Below, in pieces: positions 49,891 to 64,000 of a stretch of 64,000 nt of DNA. This DNA is from Lama glama. Its lineage: Eukaryota. Every line of letters starts with the position of its first letter. Positions within the stretch are counted from its first letter, which is position 1. The stretch spans positions 18,230,001 to 18,294,000 of the forward strand of contig CM052816.1 in the NCBI GenBank assembly GCA_028534125.1, given 5' to 3'. Below the pieces are notes generated by a model, which saw only the letters and a program-made list of their open reading frames with translations, was not told the DNA's origin and did not search any database. The translations under genes and the position numbers were made by a program.

Positions 49891-51087
49891 ATCAAGACAA
49901 AACTACAACTGGCATGAAAACATCAAAAGTCTTATATCTTTCTTCTTGAGCCGAGTCTTTACAGACACTGCAGATTGAACCCATTAGAATTGGGTGGCTG
50001 TGTCTGGGTTTGCAGTGTTGAGAATGACGGAGCACACACATCTCAATATTGCTCACCAATATAATTAACTGCTAGAAGATGACTTGGCTAGAGAAGTATC
50101 ATTCTGGTTGGAGGGATGAGTCCCATCTGACAGTAATAGCATGCACTCTCAGGCTCTTTTTCTCCTGAGGCTGCCCATTCAGATGCTCACCTGTCCTCAC
50201 TGCAGCTGCCCACTGGGATAGGAGAGCTGCCAAACAGAGCTGAGTCCAGGGCAAGCTGCCATCACTGATGCAGCTGACCTGATGTCTTCCTCTTTTGCAG
50301 CTGGCTTTACACTTTTTGTTTCAGCCCTGTCCTTGAATATGGTTCAAGTGAAGTGATTTAACATTTTAGTCCGCCCCCAATTCAGCACATTCCCAATTCA
50401 ATGTAAAGGATGCCAAATAGTATTTATAGTCATCTCACATGGGCGACTCCTCTGAGCAACTTCACTGGAAATCTTCCCCTGTGCAATTTCTATTAGAGAC
50501 TTCACTTCAAAACCCCACCCAATAACTGTAGAAAAGACCAGAACTGACTGAATTCTGATAGATGAGTTCTTCTATGTGTGTCTATGACAAGTCTAGACCT
50601 CTCCACCTGCATACATTTGCTTTGCGCCCCTAGGATCAACACCAAGAGCAAATCTTCTTTACACCTGTGGGTGCCAAAACACAACTCAACTTTGTACAAA
50701 GCACTTGAACTCTGTAAGCTTCAATTCCCTACTCTGTAAATTAGGACGAACATAACCCTATGAAATTCTTGTGAGAATTAAATGAAATAATGCAGCGCCT
50801 GGAATTCTCTCATTGCAGGAACAGTCACCAAGATCCTGAGAGGACACACGGCTTCCTCTGTGGCACAGTAGTAGACAGCACCGCTGGAATTAGTACCCAA
50901 GTCTCCCAACTCTGTGTCCACCCGCCATCCTGTCACACTGCCCAATTTTAGACAAGAATTAGAGCACATTTTATATTATATCCAGGCAATTTTCAGAAAA
51001 AAAGGCAATCCAGTATTTTTTAAAATAAATAATAAATATACAAATTATATTTAAAATATTTAGTTCTTTACTCTCAAGATGTTGAGA

Positions 51088-51422
51088 CAGAGCCCCACCC
51101 ACCTACATGTGCAGATTCAACCAATTGTGGATCCAAAAAATTTTTTTTTATTCTAGGAAGTTCAAAAAAAGCAAAACTTGAATTTGCCACACTCCAGCAA
51201 CTATTCACATAGTATTTACATTTTATTTACAACTATTTACATAGCATTTACATTGTATAAGGTCTTGAAGTACCCTAGAGTGGATTTAAAGTAAATGCGA
51301 GAATGTGCACAGGTTATATGCAAATATTATACCATTTTATATATGGGACTTGAGCATTCTCAGAATTTGGTATCTACCAGGAGTCCTAGAACTAATCATC
51401 CACAGATATTAAAGGACAACTG
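51088..51422. mobile_element. MER2-like TcMar-Tigger MITE
   Basis: gattcaaccaa..ggttatatgcaaatattataccattttatata.gggacttgagcat..ggacaactg followed by ta. Confidence 0.8.
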
Positions 51423-51984
51423 TACTTCATTCCCCAAACTTACATCATTTTGTTAGTCATAATATCAACCTGGAGTATAATCATCATTTGTGTTATTCAA
51501 GAAAAGTAACTTGTCCTTAAATCAGAAAGTTAAGTGTAGAGAATATTTTTTATTTTCCTACAGAAAACAAAATAAAACCAAAAGCCATAATTATTTTCAA
51601 AAATTCAAATAACTGATTCCCAAAGTGATCTTGCATTGGGATAAACTTGTACTGCCAGATACTTCAATAATTATTTTGGTTCAATCAAAATATTACTCTG
51701 ATAGGCTCACAAGAAATGCTAACAGTTAATAACAAAAAGAATCCATTGTGGGCAATTCACTTTTACTGATGGTTAATTTCATTGCAAAATTCCCAAATGA
51801 AGTGTCAAGTTACTTGGCATATGAAATCATCAGGGAAATTCAAAGAACACAGGAACAGGATAAACATGAAAGTGGCTACCAAGATTGTCCATGAGTGGAG
51901 CTCTCAACACTGACCTGGACTTTGCAGCCAGCAAAGGAGCCCTCACTACCAAAGGCTAGTCTGTTAACATCATCAGCAAGTAGA

Positions 51985-52820
51985 CAGTGCCTGGAGGTTA
52001 GAAATGCCTGGATTCAGTCACTGGCTGTGCCACTTACTAGCCCCGTGACCTTGAGCAAATAAACATTCAAACGCCAATTTCCACACTTGTAACGGGGATA
52101 ACGGTAGTCTTACAGGGATACTATGAGAGTTAGATGAGATAATATAAGATAAAACGTAGGGAGTTTGAAAGCATGTGGCAAGTGCTCAAGAAATGCCATG
52201 TTTATTTATTTGATGTTTGGGCTTTTTTGTTTTGTCTAAATAGCTGGTAGTACCAGGCTTGTTACATATCCAGCTGGCATGTTCATGAAACACTGACCAA
52301 TGGCCTCCAACCATCTTGTCCAGGTGGCTGGACAGGATGAACTTCCTGCTCCAGATTCCCATCAATGTTCACTGACTTTATGAGTGTCCCCTCCAGTACA
52401 TGAAAGGCACTGTGGCACCAACTAGTTTCAATTTACTTTTGCTAGTAATTTATTAGCTCTAGGCCTGGGGTAAGTCTTTTAAACTCTCTGAGTTTTGAAT
52501 TTTCTCATCTGCAAAAATGAGGAAAGTCTCTGAGAGATGTTGTGAAGACTGATCGAAATAATATATGTAAAGAACTTAGAACAGTCATAACATGGTTAAC
52601 TTTTGTCAAGCCTTCTTGAAATCTTTTGTTAGCACTGCAGTAAGAGTCGCACCTGCATTATTTCTTTCATGTTTTCAACCACCGAATGTCATGCCTATTT
52701 TACAGGAGAGAAAATGAAAGCACAGAAAGGTTAATTTTCATGTGCAAAGTCAAAGAGCTAAGAGGCATCAGAACTAGAAACTGAATCCATTCTGCCTCAT
52801 TTCAAAGGCCAGTGCACCTT
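51985..52820. mobile_element. Cluster of three MIR fragments
   Basis: gccacttactagccccgtgaccttgagcaa; tttctcatctgcaaaaatgagg; cctattttacaggagagaaaatgaaagcacaga. Confidence 0.7.
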
Positions 52821-54799
52821 ACCACCTCCTTATCCCTTCTCTCCTGGCTCCTTAGCTAATATGAGTCACAGTTCAATTCAGTGTCTAAAATAGTAGGTTC
52901 ACTAGGTATTTGATTGATCCTCTGAATTCTGTCCTCATTTTCATAAATGTCTTCATGCTAATACCAGTATTAATCTGCAGACCAGTGGAGTGTGTGCATC
53001 AGGACTTTCTCACTCTGAGTCTTGTCACAATATTAAGTATAAAAGATGCGTCACTCCCTTAGTCTGCGTATGTGAAGTGCATCATCATCTTATTATATAT
53101 CTAACAACTACTCTATTCTAGACATGCTGGGAAGTGACTTTCAGAGTCTCTGGAACTGCTTTCAAAATCAGCATGGCACCAGGATGCACCCACCTCCAAC
53201 CACCACCACATACACAGTACAAGAACTAGGGACTGGTTGAACTCATCGAAAATGACACCTGCAGGAAGCAAATGCAATTTTACTGGAACTCTGGAAATCT
53301 GTTAAGTTTCCTCCATAAATTCTTCAGCATTTAGGATAAGTAACAACTCATAAGATAGTAAAAAGGCAAGGTCTTCTTTCTACTAGGGAAAAATGTCATT
53401 ATCTATCACTAGTGGAGAATGGAAGGGCTTAGACTACATGAAAGACATTCCCATGTTCTTAGTTTGTTTCAGTTTGGAGCCTAGCAGTGTCAGCTTTGAC
53501 CACAGGAATTTTCCCTCCTTCGCTCTATCCTCACTGACAGGAAAAGGATGAAGTTCTTTGGAGAAATACTGTGCTGAAGTTTTCTTGATACATTAGGCTG
53601 AAATATCTTATTGAATCTTACAGCTCCATCAAACCTGAATTAAAGTGTGAGGACTACCTGCTCACTACCTGATCCATCTTCCTGGGAATGGATAACATTT
53701 TTCCTAGTCATTTCAAAATTCTTCTGTTTTGCTAGCAATCTAATTTAGAAGCAGTGCTTGCAAACAATCAGTAAGAATTGGGCCTTTGTGGTTCTGGGTC
53801 CAGCCACACAGCCATAGCTCACCCTGGCAGCTCAGCATCCATTAAATGAAAGATTGTGGAAGTGTGGCCATTAATCCCCACAGGGCTTCCTTTTCCAAAA
53901 AATTCTAGTCCTGGCACTAATGCCTTGGTTAAAGGTATGGCATGCAGCCAGGTGGAACAACCAGACAAATCCCTGCAGGATGGGAACATGTTATGTCCAT
54001 TGATAAAATATTCCTCCCCATAAAGGTGGAGTGAAACATTAGCAAGTACAAGGTATAAATTTTATGTAACTTAACAAATATCCCATGATTGCCTACTAGC
54101 TCCACCCTACCTATTAGATGTGCCAGCACTTGAGAAAGTTACCCAACTTTGCGAAGCCCTCAGTTTCTCAACTATACAATGGAGATAATAAGAGTTCCTC
54201 ATAAAGTTCTCAGGTGACTTAAATGAGACTATGTATATAAATTAATATACGTAAGTGCTTAGAATAATATCTGGTACATGGTAAATACCATCTAAATGAC
54301 TTTTCGTTAAATAAAATGCTTAGTATACTACCTGGCAGATAAAAAGCACTCAATAAATTCTGGAGTTATTGTTACTATCACTGTCATTATCATCATCACT
54401 GTCTCAGGCACTGTGCTAGGCATAACGAGAAGAAACAAAGATTAAAAATATATAGTTCTTCCTTTTAAGGAGCTTCCCTTTACCAGGGGAGTAAAGTATG
54501 CTGCATGTGGGAATGCATCCTGCTGCTCAGTGATCTTGAGAGTAGAAGCAAACTATGATAGAACCTCCCTAATCCTGTCATACAAAAAAGTGTGATTAAC
54601 CGTAATGCAATGACGGCACCCTTCAAATAACTAGACTTAGGAACTACTATATCTTTTATGTTTCATGGTGATAACAGAAGTGTAAAAAACAATGGACAAG
54701 TAATGGATTACTACAAAGATTAATTCTGACTGACATTATGAGGAGATACTTCAAGGAAGAGGGTCTTAGAAAGATGAAAAAATCAAAACATATTGTCAT

Positions 54800-55835
54800 G
54801 CTGGGACTTCTTTTTCTAGCTATGATGTTGCTACTGGCCCTGAATTTCTGCAGGCCCTCCCGCTGAAAATAACTATAAAACTGGACAAATTGTAGGAAGC
54901 AATTATTTTCAGACACTAACTAACAAGCAGTGAAATTCTGTGATCCCTAAAGGAAAGAGAACTTACGGGTATCATGAGAGTGCTCAGGAACAATTTCATG
55001 ACCATTGCACAGTGACCGAGGGTCCCAGCAGAGCTGATGAGCAACAGACCACAGTCTGGGCATCTGGAACAACTGAAATCTGAACAGGAGAGTCCATGCA
55101 TAAGGGAACAGTGCAGATGGGTCCCTCAGAGGCCTGTTTGAAAGTTTCCCACAAGACTTTAGCTGAAGACTGTGTTGTGATTATATAAGGTAGATAATAT
55201 GAGACTTACTGGCTGCTTTAGAAGTGAAATCAGAAAAAAAAAAGAAGATAACAGCAGTGAAACATGTTAGAGGACACTGGAAGTCAAATTTAGCCGACAA
55301 GTATAAAATTCATTAATACCTTATTAGCATCCCAGATATTCAGATGAGATACCAGAAGGCTGAGCCTAAACAGTAAAGACAGCATCCTAAAATAAAGCAT
55401 ATGCTAGTTCTACCATACAAAAGTCTAACACCAAGACCTGCTAAGATCTGTAAGGAGAGAGAAAGTTTGGAGGCTCAGTCTTGCCAAGTTAGAGCAGCTA
55501 GAAAAACACCTCAGGCTTTTCACAGAACCACCCTAAATAAAGCATAAAATTAAGTCTACACAGGTTGAAGATGATCAACTGATGAGTGAACTGCCTAATA
55601 GAACAAGAATTAACACTCCTCAGGGATAACAAAAGACTCCAGAGTTGCTTGAACATATCATCACCAATACCCACTACACAATCAAAAATTACACCTGTGA
55701 GGCGGGGTGGAGGAGGAAGAATGGGAATAGGTGACCCCCACCCAAGAAGTCATCAATAAAACCAGCTTAAAATGATGAATTTAGCACACAAAATGTTAAA
55801 ACATGTGTGATAATATGTTTAAAGAATTAAAGAAA
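54800..55835 (+). mobile_element. Old L1M 5' UTR / ORF1-start fragment
   Basis: aaaataactataaaactggacaaa..ttcagacactaac..acaatcaaaaattac..aatatgtttaaagaattaaagaaa. Confidence 0.55.
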
Positions 55836-55840
55836 TACTC

Positions 55841-56318
55841 TTTTTTTATTGAAGTACAGTTGATGAACAATATTTATATGTTACTGGTGTACAATACAGT
55901 CATCCACAATTTTTAAAGGTTATACTTCACTTATAGTTATTAGAAAATATTGGCCAAATCCCTTGTGTTGTAAAATAGATCCCTGTAGCTTATTTTATAC
56001 ATAATAGTTTGTACCTCTTAACCCCCTACCACTATATTGCCCCTACCGCCTTCCTTCTCCCCACTGGTAACCACTAATTTGTTCTCTATATCTGTGAGCC
56101 TATTTCTGTTATTCTCATTAGTTGTATCACCAGTTTGTTGTATTTGTTAAATTCCACATATAAGTTATATCATACAGTATTTATCTTACTCTGTCTGACT
56201 TCTTTCACTTAGCATAACCCGCAAGTCATCCATGTAGTTGCAAACGGCAAGGTTTCATTCTTTTTTATGGCTGAGTAGTATTCCACTGTATATGTGTGTG
56301 TATGTGTGTGTGTGTGTG

Positions 56319-56365
<47 letters not shown>

Positions 56366-58890
56366 ACATCTTCATTATCCATTTATCTGTTAATGGATAC
56401 TTAGGTTACTTCCTATCTTGGCTATTGTAAACAATGCTGCTATGAACACTGGGGTGTATGTATCCTTTTGAATTACTGTTTTTCTTTTTTATTCTGATAT
56501 ATACCCGTGAATGGAACTGCTGGGTCATATGGTAGTTCCATTTTTAGATTCTGAGAAACCCTGTACTGTTTTCCACAGTGACTGCAACAATTTACATTCC
56601 CATCAACAGTATATGAGAATTCTCTTTTCTCCATGTCCTTGCCAACATTTGTTATTTGTGTTCTTTTTGATGATAGCCATTCTGAGAGGTATGAAGTGAT
56701 ATTCACTGTGGTTTTGATTTGCACTTCCCTGATAATTAGCAATGTTAAGCATATTTTCATGCACCTATTGGCCATCTGCATGTCCTCTTTGGAGAAATAA
56801 CTATTCAGGTTTTCTGACTATTTTTAAATTGGGTTGATTTGATGTTGAATTGTATAAGCTATTTATATATTTTGGATATTAACCCCTTAGAATCAAATCA
56901 TTTACAAGTATTTTCTCCCATTCAGTAGATTGTATTTTCATTGTGTGGATGGTTTCCTTTGGTGTACAAAAGCTTTTAAGTTTAATTAGGTCTCAGGTGT
57001 TTATTTTTGCTTTTATTTCCTTTGCTTTAGTAGATGGAGCAGAAAAAAAAACCTGCTACAATTCATGTCAAAGAGTATTGTGCCTATGTTTTCTTCTAGG
57101 AGTCTTATGGTTTCCAGTCTTACATTTAGGTCTTTTAATCCATTTCAAGTTTATTTTTGTATATGGTGTTAGGAATATTCTAATTTCATTCTTTTACATG
57201 CAGCTGTCCAGTTTTCCCAAGAGACTCTCTTTTCTCCATTGCATATTCTTAACTCCTCTGTTGTACATTAACTGACCATAAGTGCATGGATTTACTTCTG
57301 GGCTCTCTATTCTGATTTCCACTTATGTATGTGTCTGTTTTTGTGCCAATACCATACTGTTTTGATTACTGTAGCTTTGTAGTATAGCTTGAAGTCAGGG
57401 AGTGTGATTGCTCCAGTTCTGTTTTTCTTTCTCAAGATTGTTCTCTATTGTGTTTCCATACAAATTTTAAGATTATTTGTTCTAGCTCTGGGAGAAATGC
57501 CATTGGTATTCTGATAGGGACTGCAATGAATCTTGGGTAGGTTGCCTTGGGTAGTATTGCCATCTTAACAATACTCTTTCAACCCAAGAACATGGTATAT
57601 ATTTCCATCTGTTTGCATCACCTTCAATTTCTTTCATTAGTATCTTACAGTTTTCTAAGTACAGGTCTTTTATTTCCTAAGGTAGCTTTATCTCTAGGTA
57701 TTTTATTCTTTTTCATGTGATGGTAAATGGGATTGTGTCCTTAATTTCTCCTTCTGATAGTTCATTATTAGTGTATAGAAATGTAACAGATTTCTGTATA
57801 TTAATTTTGTATCCTTCAACTTTAACAAAATCACTGATGTGCTCTACCATTTTTCTGGGAGCATCTGTACGATTTTCCACGTATATTATCATTTTATCTG
57901 CAAACAGTGACAGTTTTACTTCTTCCTTTCTAATTTGGATTCCTTTTATTTCTTTTTCATGTCTGATAGCTCTCATTAGGACTTCCAATACTATGTTGAA
58001 TAAAAATGGCAAGAATATGAATCCCCGTTTGTATCTGATCTTAGAAATGCTTTCAGTTTTTCACAATTGAGTAGGATGTTCAGTATATATGGTCTTTATT
58101 AAGTTGAGGTATGTTCCCTCTATGCTCACATTCTGGAGAGTTTTTATCATAAAAAATGTTGAATTTTGTCAGAAGCTTTTCTGCACCTATTAAGGTGACC
58201 ACATGGTTTTTATTCTTTAATCTGTTAATGTGGTGATTGATTTGCAGATACTAAAAAATCCTTGTATCCCTAGGCTAAATCCCACTGATCATCGTATATG
58301 ATCCTTTTAAAGTAGCATTGGATTCAGTTTGCTAAAATTTTGTTGAGGATATTTGTATTTATGTTCCTCATGACATTGGTCTGTAATATTTGTGTGTGAC
58401 ATCTTTGTTTTGTTTTGGTATCAGGGAGATGCTGGCCTCACAGAAAGAGTTTGGAAGCCTTCCCTCCTCTGCAATTTTCTGGAATAGTTTGAGAAGAACA
58501 GGTTAACTCTTCTCTAAACATTTGGTAGAATTCACTTGCAAAGCCATCTGGTCCTAGAATTTTGTTTATTGGAAGTTTTTATATTACTGATTCAATTTCA
58601 TTCCTGGTAATTGTTCCGTTTAAATATTCTATTCTTTCCTGGTTCACTCTTGGGAGTGAACATTTCTAAGAATTTGTCCATTTTTTTCTAGGTTGTCCAT
58701 TTTATTGGCTTATAGTTGTTTATAGTACTCTTTTATGATCTGTTGTATTTCTGTGGTATCAGTTATAACTTCTTCTTTTTCACTTCAGATTTTATCTTTT
58801 TTTCTGGTTGAGTTTGGCTAAAGGTTTATCAATTTGGTTTATCTTTCAAAAGAACCAACTTTTAGTTTCGTTAACCTTTTCCATTATTTT
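55841..58890 (-). mobile_element. About 3-kb 5'-truncated L1 (ORF2 plus 3' UTR)
   Basis: Minus ORFs give ORF2 peptides ([54 protein letters not shown]); T-tract at left end. Confidence 0.95.
56288..56363. repeat. Compound (TG)n(TA)n microsatellite inside L1
   Basis: Read directly. Confidence 0.95.
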
Positions 58891-59234
58891 CTCAATTATT
58901 AAAATGTTCTATATTTTAATTGAGATGGTGGTTACATTGGTGTATTCACTTATTAAAACTTGTATACTGAAAATATACACATTTTATTGTGTGAAAAGCA
59001 ACCTAAAACAATGATAAATAAATGTTTAAAAATTCATGTGGTATTAGGAGAGGGACAGCAGTGATAAACTATCGGGTGGCGGGAAACATGTGGAGATAGC
59101 AGGACTTAATCTCCTCCTATGCCTTGTATACATTGCTTAAGTCTGTGAACCCATTGACAGAAAATCAAACACAGTCTTGTACTCTCACTGACACCACTGG
59201 GTAGTGAAGTGAGCAAATAATTAATACAATGAGG

Positions 59235-61420
59235 AAAAGACTCTAATCAAGATGGTGGAGCAGAAAGACATGGAACTCACCTACCTCCATGAATGTATCA
59301 AGTGTATATCTACATGTGGAACAACTGTCATTGAAAACCAGAGACTAGCAAAAAAGCCTCCTGCACAACTAAGGTTTAAGAATGATCCATGTAGAATCAG
59401 ATAGGAAGGGAAGAGAAGCTATCAGGTCTGGACTTGTGTCCCTGGGAGGGGACTCAGAGGAAAAAGGAGATTACACAGGTGGAAACCCTCCATCGGGAGT
59501 TAGCAATTCAAGCCACATATTCAGTGTCCCAAACCTGGGATCTGGCAAAGGGAAGCCAGCCCCACTTGGCTCACTGGAGAGCTAGTGAGACTAAAAGGAG
59601 GGCTGTGGGAAGCCTGGGCCCCACTCAGGAAGAGTGCCCAAATGCTTGCTGGCTCCTGAAACAGGGCAGAGAGAGCAGACTGAAACTATGTGGGTGGCTG
59701 ACTCATTTCCCATGACCATCCTGAGAAGCACCACAGCTCAAGGAGCATGAATGCCCCAGTACCACGTGCCTCACATCACAGCTTCACACTAAAGTGAGGG
59801 CTGCCATGACCGATGAAAAAGCTTGGCCATGAAACACCAAGGTGGCTCAAACCTTAAGGAGTGTCTGAGCAGAGAGGGGACAGCCATTACCAGCAATTGC
59901 ACAGGCAATGCATCAGAGGCTCTCTGGATCTCTCATGGCAGCCAGACCAACACAGCCTGCACCCTGACCCTCACAGAATACTCACACCAGCCCCTCTTGC
60001 TCCAGCACTGCTTCCCTCTGGGTGGAGGGTGCCGGTGCTGGGAGGGGGAAAAGCAAACAATTAAAGGTAAGTAAGCCAGCCCAGACTCGAGCTTCAGAGC
60101 TTCTGCTCTAGCAAATTGGGACCTGACCCCACCCTAAATAAGGCAGTGATAGCCACTGAGCAGAGGGGAAGCCCTGCCTCACATTTAGCTCCAGCCCTAC
60201 CCTCTCTGTCTCTAGCCCTACTACCTACCAGTGAGAACTGTCAACACACCCAGAGGAAAGATGTGACTTATCTACAAATCAAATCCAGCTCTCCCACCAA
60301 AGTCACTGAAAACACGCAGACGATAATAGGGATGCTCTCACTTAAGGACATCCTTTCAAGAACTGCCATAGGTAACGATTTCATCTAATTTCATAGAGGC
60401 AGAGAAAAATAAGCAAAATGGGAAGACAGAGGAATTCATCTCAACTGAAAGAGAAAGAGAAAACCCCTGAAAAAACAATGAATGAAACTGAAATAAACAA
60501 TTTACCAGATAAAGAATTCAAACTATTAGCAAGAAGAATGCTAAATAAATTAGGGGAAATAATAAATGAATAAAGTGAGAATTTAAACAAGGAACTAGAA
60601 AACAAAAAAGAATCAGAAATATCTGAAGAATACAATAACTGAAATAAAACACACTAGAAGGCCAACAGCAAATTAGGTGATACAGAAGAATGCGTAAGTG
60701 ATGAATAAGGGAGATCACCCAACCATAACAGGAAACATAAATACAAATTTAAAAATGAGAACAGTTTAAAGGATCTTTGGAATAACATCAGGCGTAACAA
60801 CATTCACATTATAAGGGTCCCAGAAGGAGAGGAGAGAGAGAAGGGGGTCAAAATGTATTTAATGGAATGACTGCTAAAAACTTTCCAATCCTGAAGAGGG
60901 AAACAGATATACAGGAAAAGGAAGCACAGAGGGTCCCAAACAAGATAAACCCAAGCACACCCACACATTAGGACGTATCATAATCAAAATGGCAAAATTT
61001 AAAGACAAAGAGAATTCTAGAGTCATAAACAAGGGAACCCCCATAAGGCTATCAGCTGATTTTTTTTCTGTAGAAACTTTGCATTCTTCTGAAGAGAATG
61101 ACACGATATATTTAAAGTGATGAAGGGGTAAAATCTGCAACCTAGAATACTCTACTCAGAAGATTGTTATTTAGAATTGAAGGAGAGAGAAAGAAATTCT
61201 CAGACAAGCCAAAAATAAGAGTTCATCAATACTAAGCCTATGCTAAAAGAAATATTAAATGGTCTTTTCTAAGTGGAAAAGAAAAGGCTATAACAAGAAG
61301 CATGTATCTATAAAAAAAAAAGTGAAAATCCCACTAGTAAATATATCATAAAGGCTGAGGCCCAACCACTTAAATAGCTAGTATGAAGATTAAAAGACCA
61401 AAAATTGTAAATATCACATA
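59235..61420 (+). mobile_element. L1 5' UTR plus decayed ORF1, 3'-truncated
   Basis: caagatggtggag L1 5' start; ORF1 from atgggaagacagagg near 60418; ORF1 motifs cattataagggtcccagaaggaga, cccataaggctatcagctgatttt, aacctagaatactctac; stops and frameshifts. Confidence 0.85.
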
Positions 61421-62689
61421 TAACTATAAACACCTCTCAGTCCACCCAGATCCAACCCCAACAGCACTTCGTCCATGAAGGCTTTCTGATAACCCAAAGC
61501 CGAGTTAGAGACTCCATCTTCCGTGCTCATACAATTCCTGTATGTCATGGAGATGGTGGCACTGTAGCTTAAAGAATGGGGAGTATTCTGGAGGAAGTAT
61601 GTATACGAAATATACACAGGGGCCAGTCCCCGTGTGCAGTCTGGGAGGAGTGAATACAGTCACTCAGTTATTCACTCCCTCAGCACGTATTACTGAACTG
61701 TGACTAGGTGCCAGGTTCAATGCTCAGTGTTGAGAATTCAATTGCTAGCCTTATTGGCCTGGTCCTAACTTACACAGAGAGGCAGGCTAGTGACCCAGCA
61801 CTGGTCCCTCTCACAGAAACACACTTGCTTTCAGAAAACACTGATACGCTTCTTGCACTGACAACTGCAACATCTGTGTCATCTTGACCTGCTGGTTGAA
61901 TCTCAGGGAAAGAATTGGGATTTAAGAGCAGATTAGTAGCCAAACCCTACAGGATTTGCATACAGCAGAGAGAACCACAATCTCTATCCTATTTTTATAT
62001 ATAAATAAGGCTTTTTCTTTTCTGTTCTTGCTAAAAGATAGATAGGAATCTTCTTAGAAATCGTTTATCTCTGGAGCCAGTAGGATATATTTTTCTGGAT
62101 TTCTTTCCATTTATTTTTCCACAGAAAGAAACATTTGTTTATAGAAGAAAAGAGAATCTCCTGATAAGTTATGTATCCCCTGGAAATACTCATGAGCTGG
62201 GTTATTTTGATCAAGTAGAATGTCATGGTATTTATCAAAGAGAAAAAAGATTGTTTGGATGTGGCTTCTCTTTAAGAAAACACAGAGAATAGACAGAAAA
62301 TACAGAGAAGGGATTTCAGATATTCATGTCATTTTCTAGGACTGCAGTCCCCCAAATTTGAGTGGCTCTGACTTCAGTGTGATTTTCTAATAGCTGTTTT
62401 TAGCCCCCTGCTTAATGAGTTATATGGCTTATTAATCTTCAATAACTGAAGTAAATGTATTTTCTGGTGAGGAATATGGTGATGCTCTTTGGAATAATGG
62501 GTGATTCTCTGGAGAGACAGACAATAGTCAGAGGATCTGAGGCTGAGGGCCTAGGAGCCCAGAAGCTGACCTTGCCAACATGGTGGAAGTTGGGAACAGG
62601 TCACAGGGGGCAGGGGAGTAGTGGTAAGAGCTCACCAACTAGAGCCAGGTAATGGGCCAGGCTCAGGTTGGAGAGGAAACCATAGGGAG

Positions 62690-63245
62690 ACTCTCTTCCT
62701 TTATTCATCCAACAAACACATTCTGAGAGGTCCTGGAGACCACTGGTCCTAATGGGAAACAATCGAGCTCCCTGCCTCATGCAGGAGACAGACAAGGACG
62801 CTGAGATCTCTAATGTGCTAAGACTACCAGAGAACTGAGGGGTGGGACGGGTGCAGTGAATGAAAGAAGGAAGAAAGAATACTTGAATGAGCCTCAAGGG
62901 GCAAGTGGAATTGAGCCAGATGAGCAGAGCACAAGACATTCCAGAGAGAGAGGAAGCAGCACGCATGTGCAGAAACGTGGGTTGTGAATTGTTCACACTG
63001 CAAACTGCAGGTCACTCTGCCTGGCAAGGGTAGTGAGGGCTTAAGGAGTACAGGTGACAGAGGGGCCTGATGATATCACCTTTATCAGGAAAAACCAACA
63101 ATCCACTCTAGAGGCTTTTCGGATGAACCCAGGCAAGCTACTCCACCTCTCTGGGCCTCAGTTTCTCATCTGTAACATGAGGATGATAGTAGCACCCACC
63201 TCACAGAGTTGTGAATGCACAGTAATCAGCACAATACTCACAGTC
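62690..63245. mobile_element. L2 (minus) and MIR (plus) fragments
   Basis: ttattcatccaacaaacac..ctccctgcctcatg; ctctctgggcctcagtttctcatctgtaacatgaggatgatagtagcacccacctcacagagttg. Confidence 0.7.
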
Positions 63246-64000
63246 CTGCCCTCAAAGTCTTTACATCCTAGTAACACAATCAGCCTGCTCAGCCAATGAA
63301 TACCGTAAGTCCTGAAAACATCATAAATGCTCTCGTAAAAAAAAAAAAAACTCTTTGTCATCATCATCACTATTACCACCTTTTGCCTTTTCTCAAGACA
63401 GAATGTTCTTCTCATCAATCTGCATTTTCTGGGGACTCAAAACCCTCTGTAAAAGCAATTAGATAATTAATTCTAGCTTTCCTAAATCATGCCCCAGTGT
63501 GAAGGTACTGCCTTATGTGACTATTCAGTGATAATCAGAAAGCATTTATTTCCCCTTTAATTGGTAAATTAAAGACATCCCATGGGGAGAGACATGAATG
63601 ACACTGAGAGTAAAATTATTTTATACAAGGAAACCAACCTCTATAAATTAACAAGGAAATTTAATGGACTAGAAAGAACTTCCTATGTTTCCTGAGTTTT
63701 AAGGAAATAGTCCATCCATCTGATACTAACCAATGTCATAAAAAAAAATTAGCAAACCGAATCCAGCACTAAGTTTAAAGAATGAAAACTGATGTCAGTG
63801 CCAAAATGGTTCCATATTAGGAAATGTATTAATATAGTTAACTACATCAACATATGGAGAGATAAGAGGGAATGACTGTTTTGATAATGCAGGAGCCGTT
63901 ACTGTGGAGCGGTTAAAACAGAAGCTCGGACTGCAGTGGGTCCAAGAGCAAATGAGATGATGAAGTGGAGACAACAGTTATAGGAGAGTCTTTGCAGGCT

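Noticed and set aside
55841..61420. Single twin-primed inverted L1 formed by the minus 3' part and plus 5' part
   Set aside because: About 350 bp of unrelated sequence lies at the junction, the start of ORF2 is missing, and there is no shared TSD.

Overview
Mammalian, AT-rich, CpG-depleted, repeat-dense intergenic/intronic DNA, most likely camelid (a Vic-1-type tRNA-derived SINE is present and several young L1 3' ends look camelid-like). No intact protein-coding gene is recognisable. The supplied ORFs are chance ORFs, decayed L1 ORF1/ORF2 pieces, or artefacts reading through a 500-N gap. The standout feature is an L1-mediated processed retrocopy of BMP4 mRNA at 12286-13136 (+). It has a recognisable BMP4 exon-1 5' UTR, then the 500-N gap exactly where the CDS should be, then the BMP4 3' UTR, AATAAA and an A-tail, all flanked by a perfect 15-bp target-site duplication. 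Whether it is an intact retrogene cannot be seen because the CDS is in the gap. The rest is L1, L2, MIR, ERVL/MaLR LTRs, DNA-transposon MITEs and microsatellites, plus several repeat-free, homeodomain/SOX-motif-rich blocks that may be conserved enhancers. Repeat subfamily names come from recalled consensus sequences, and old-repeat boundaries are approximate.
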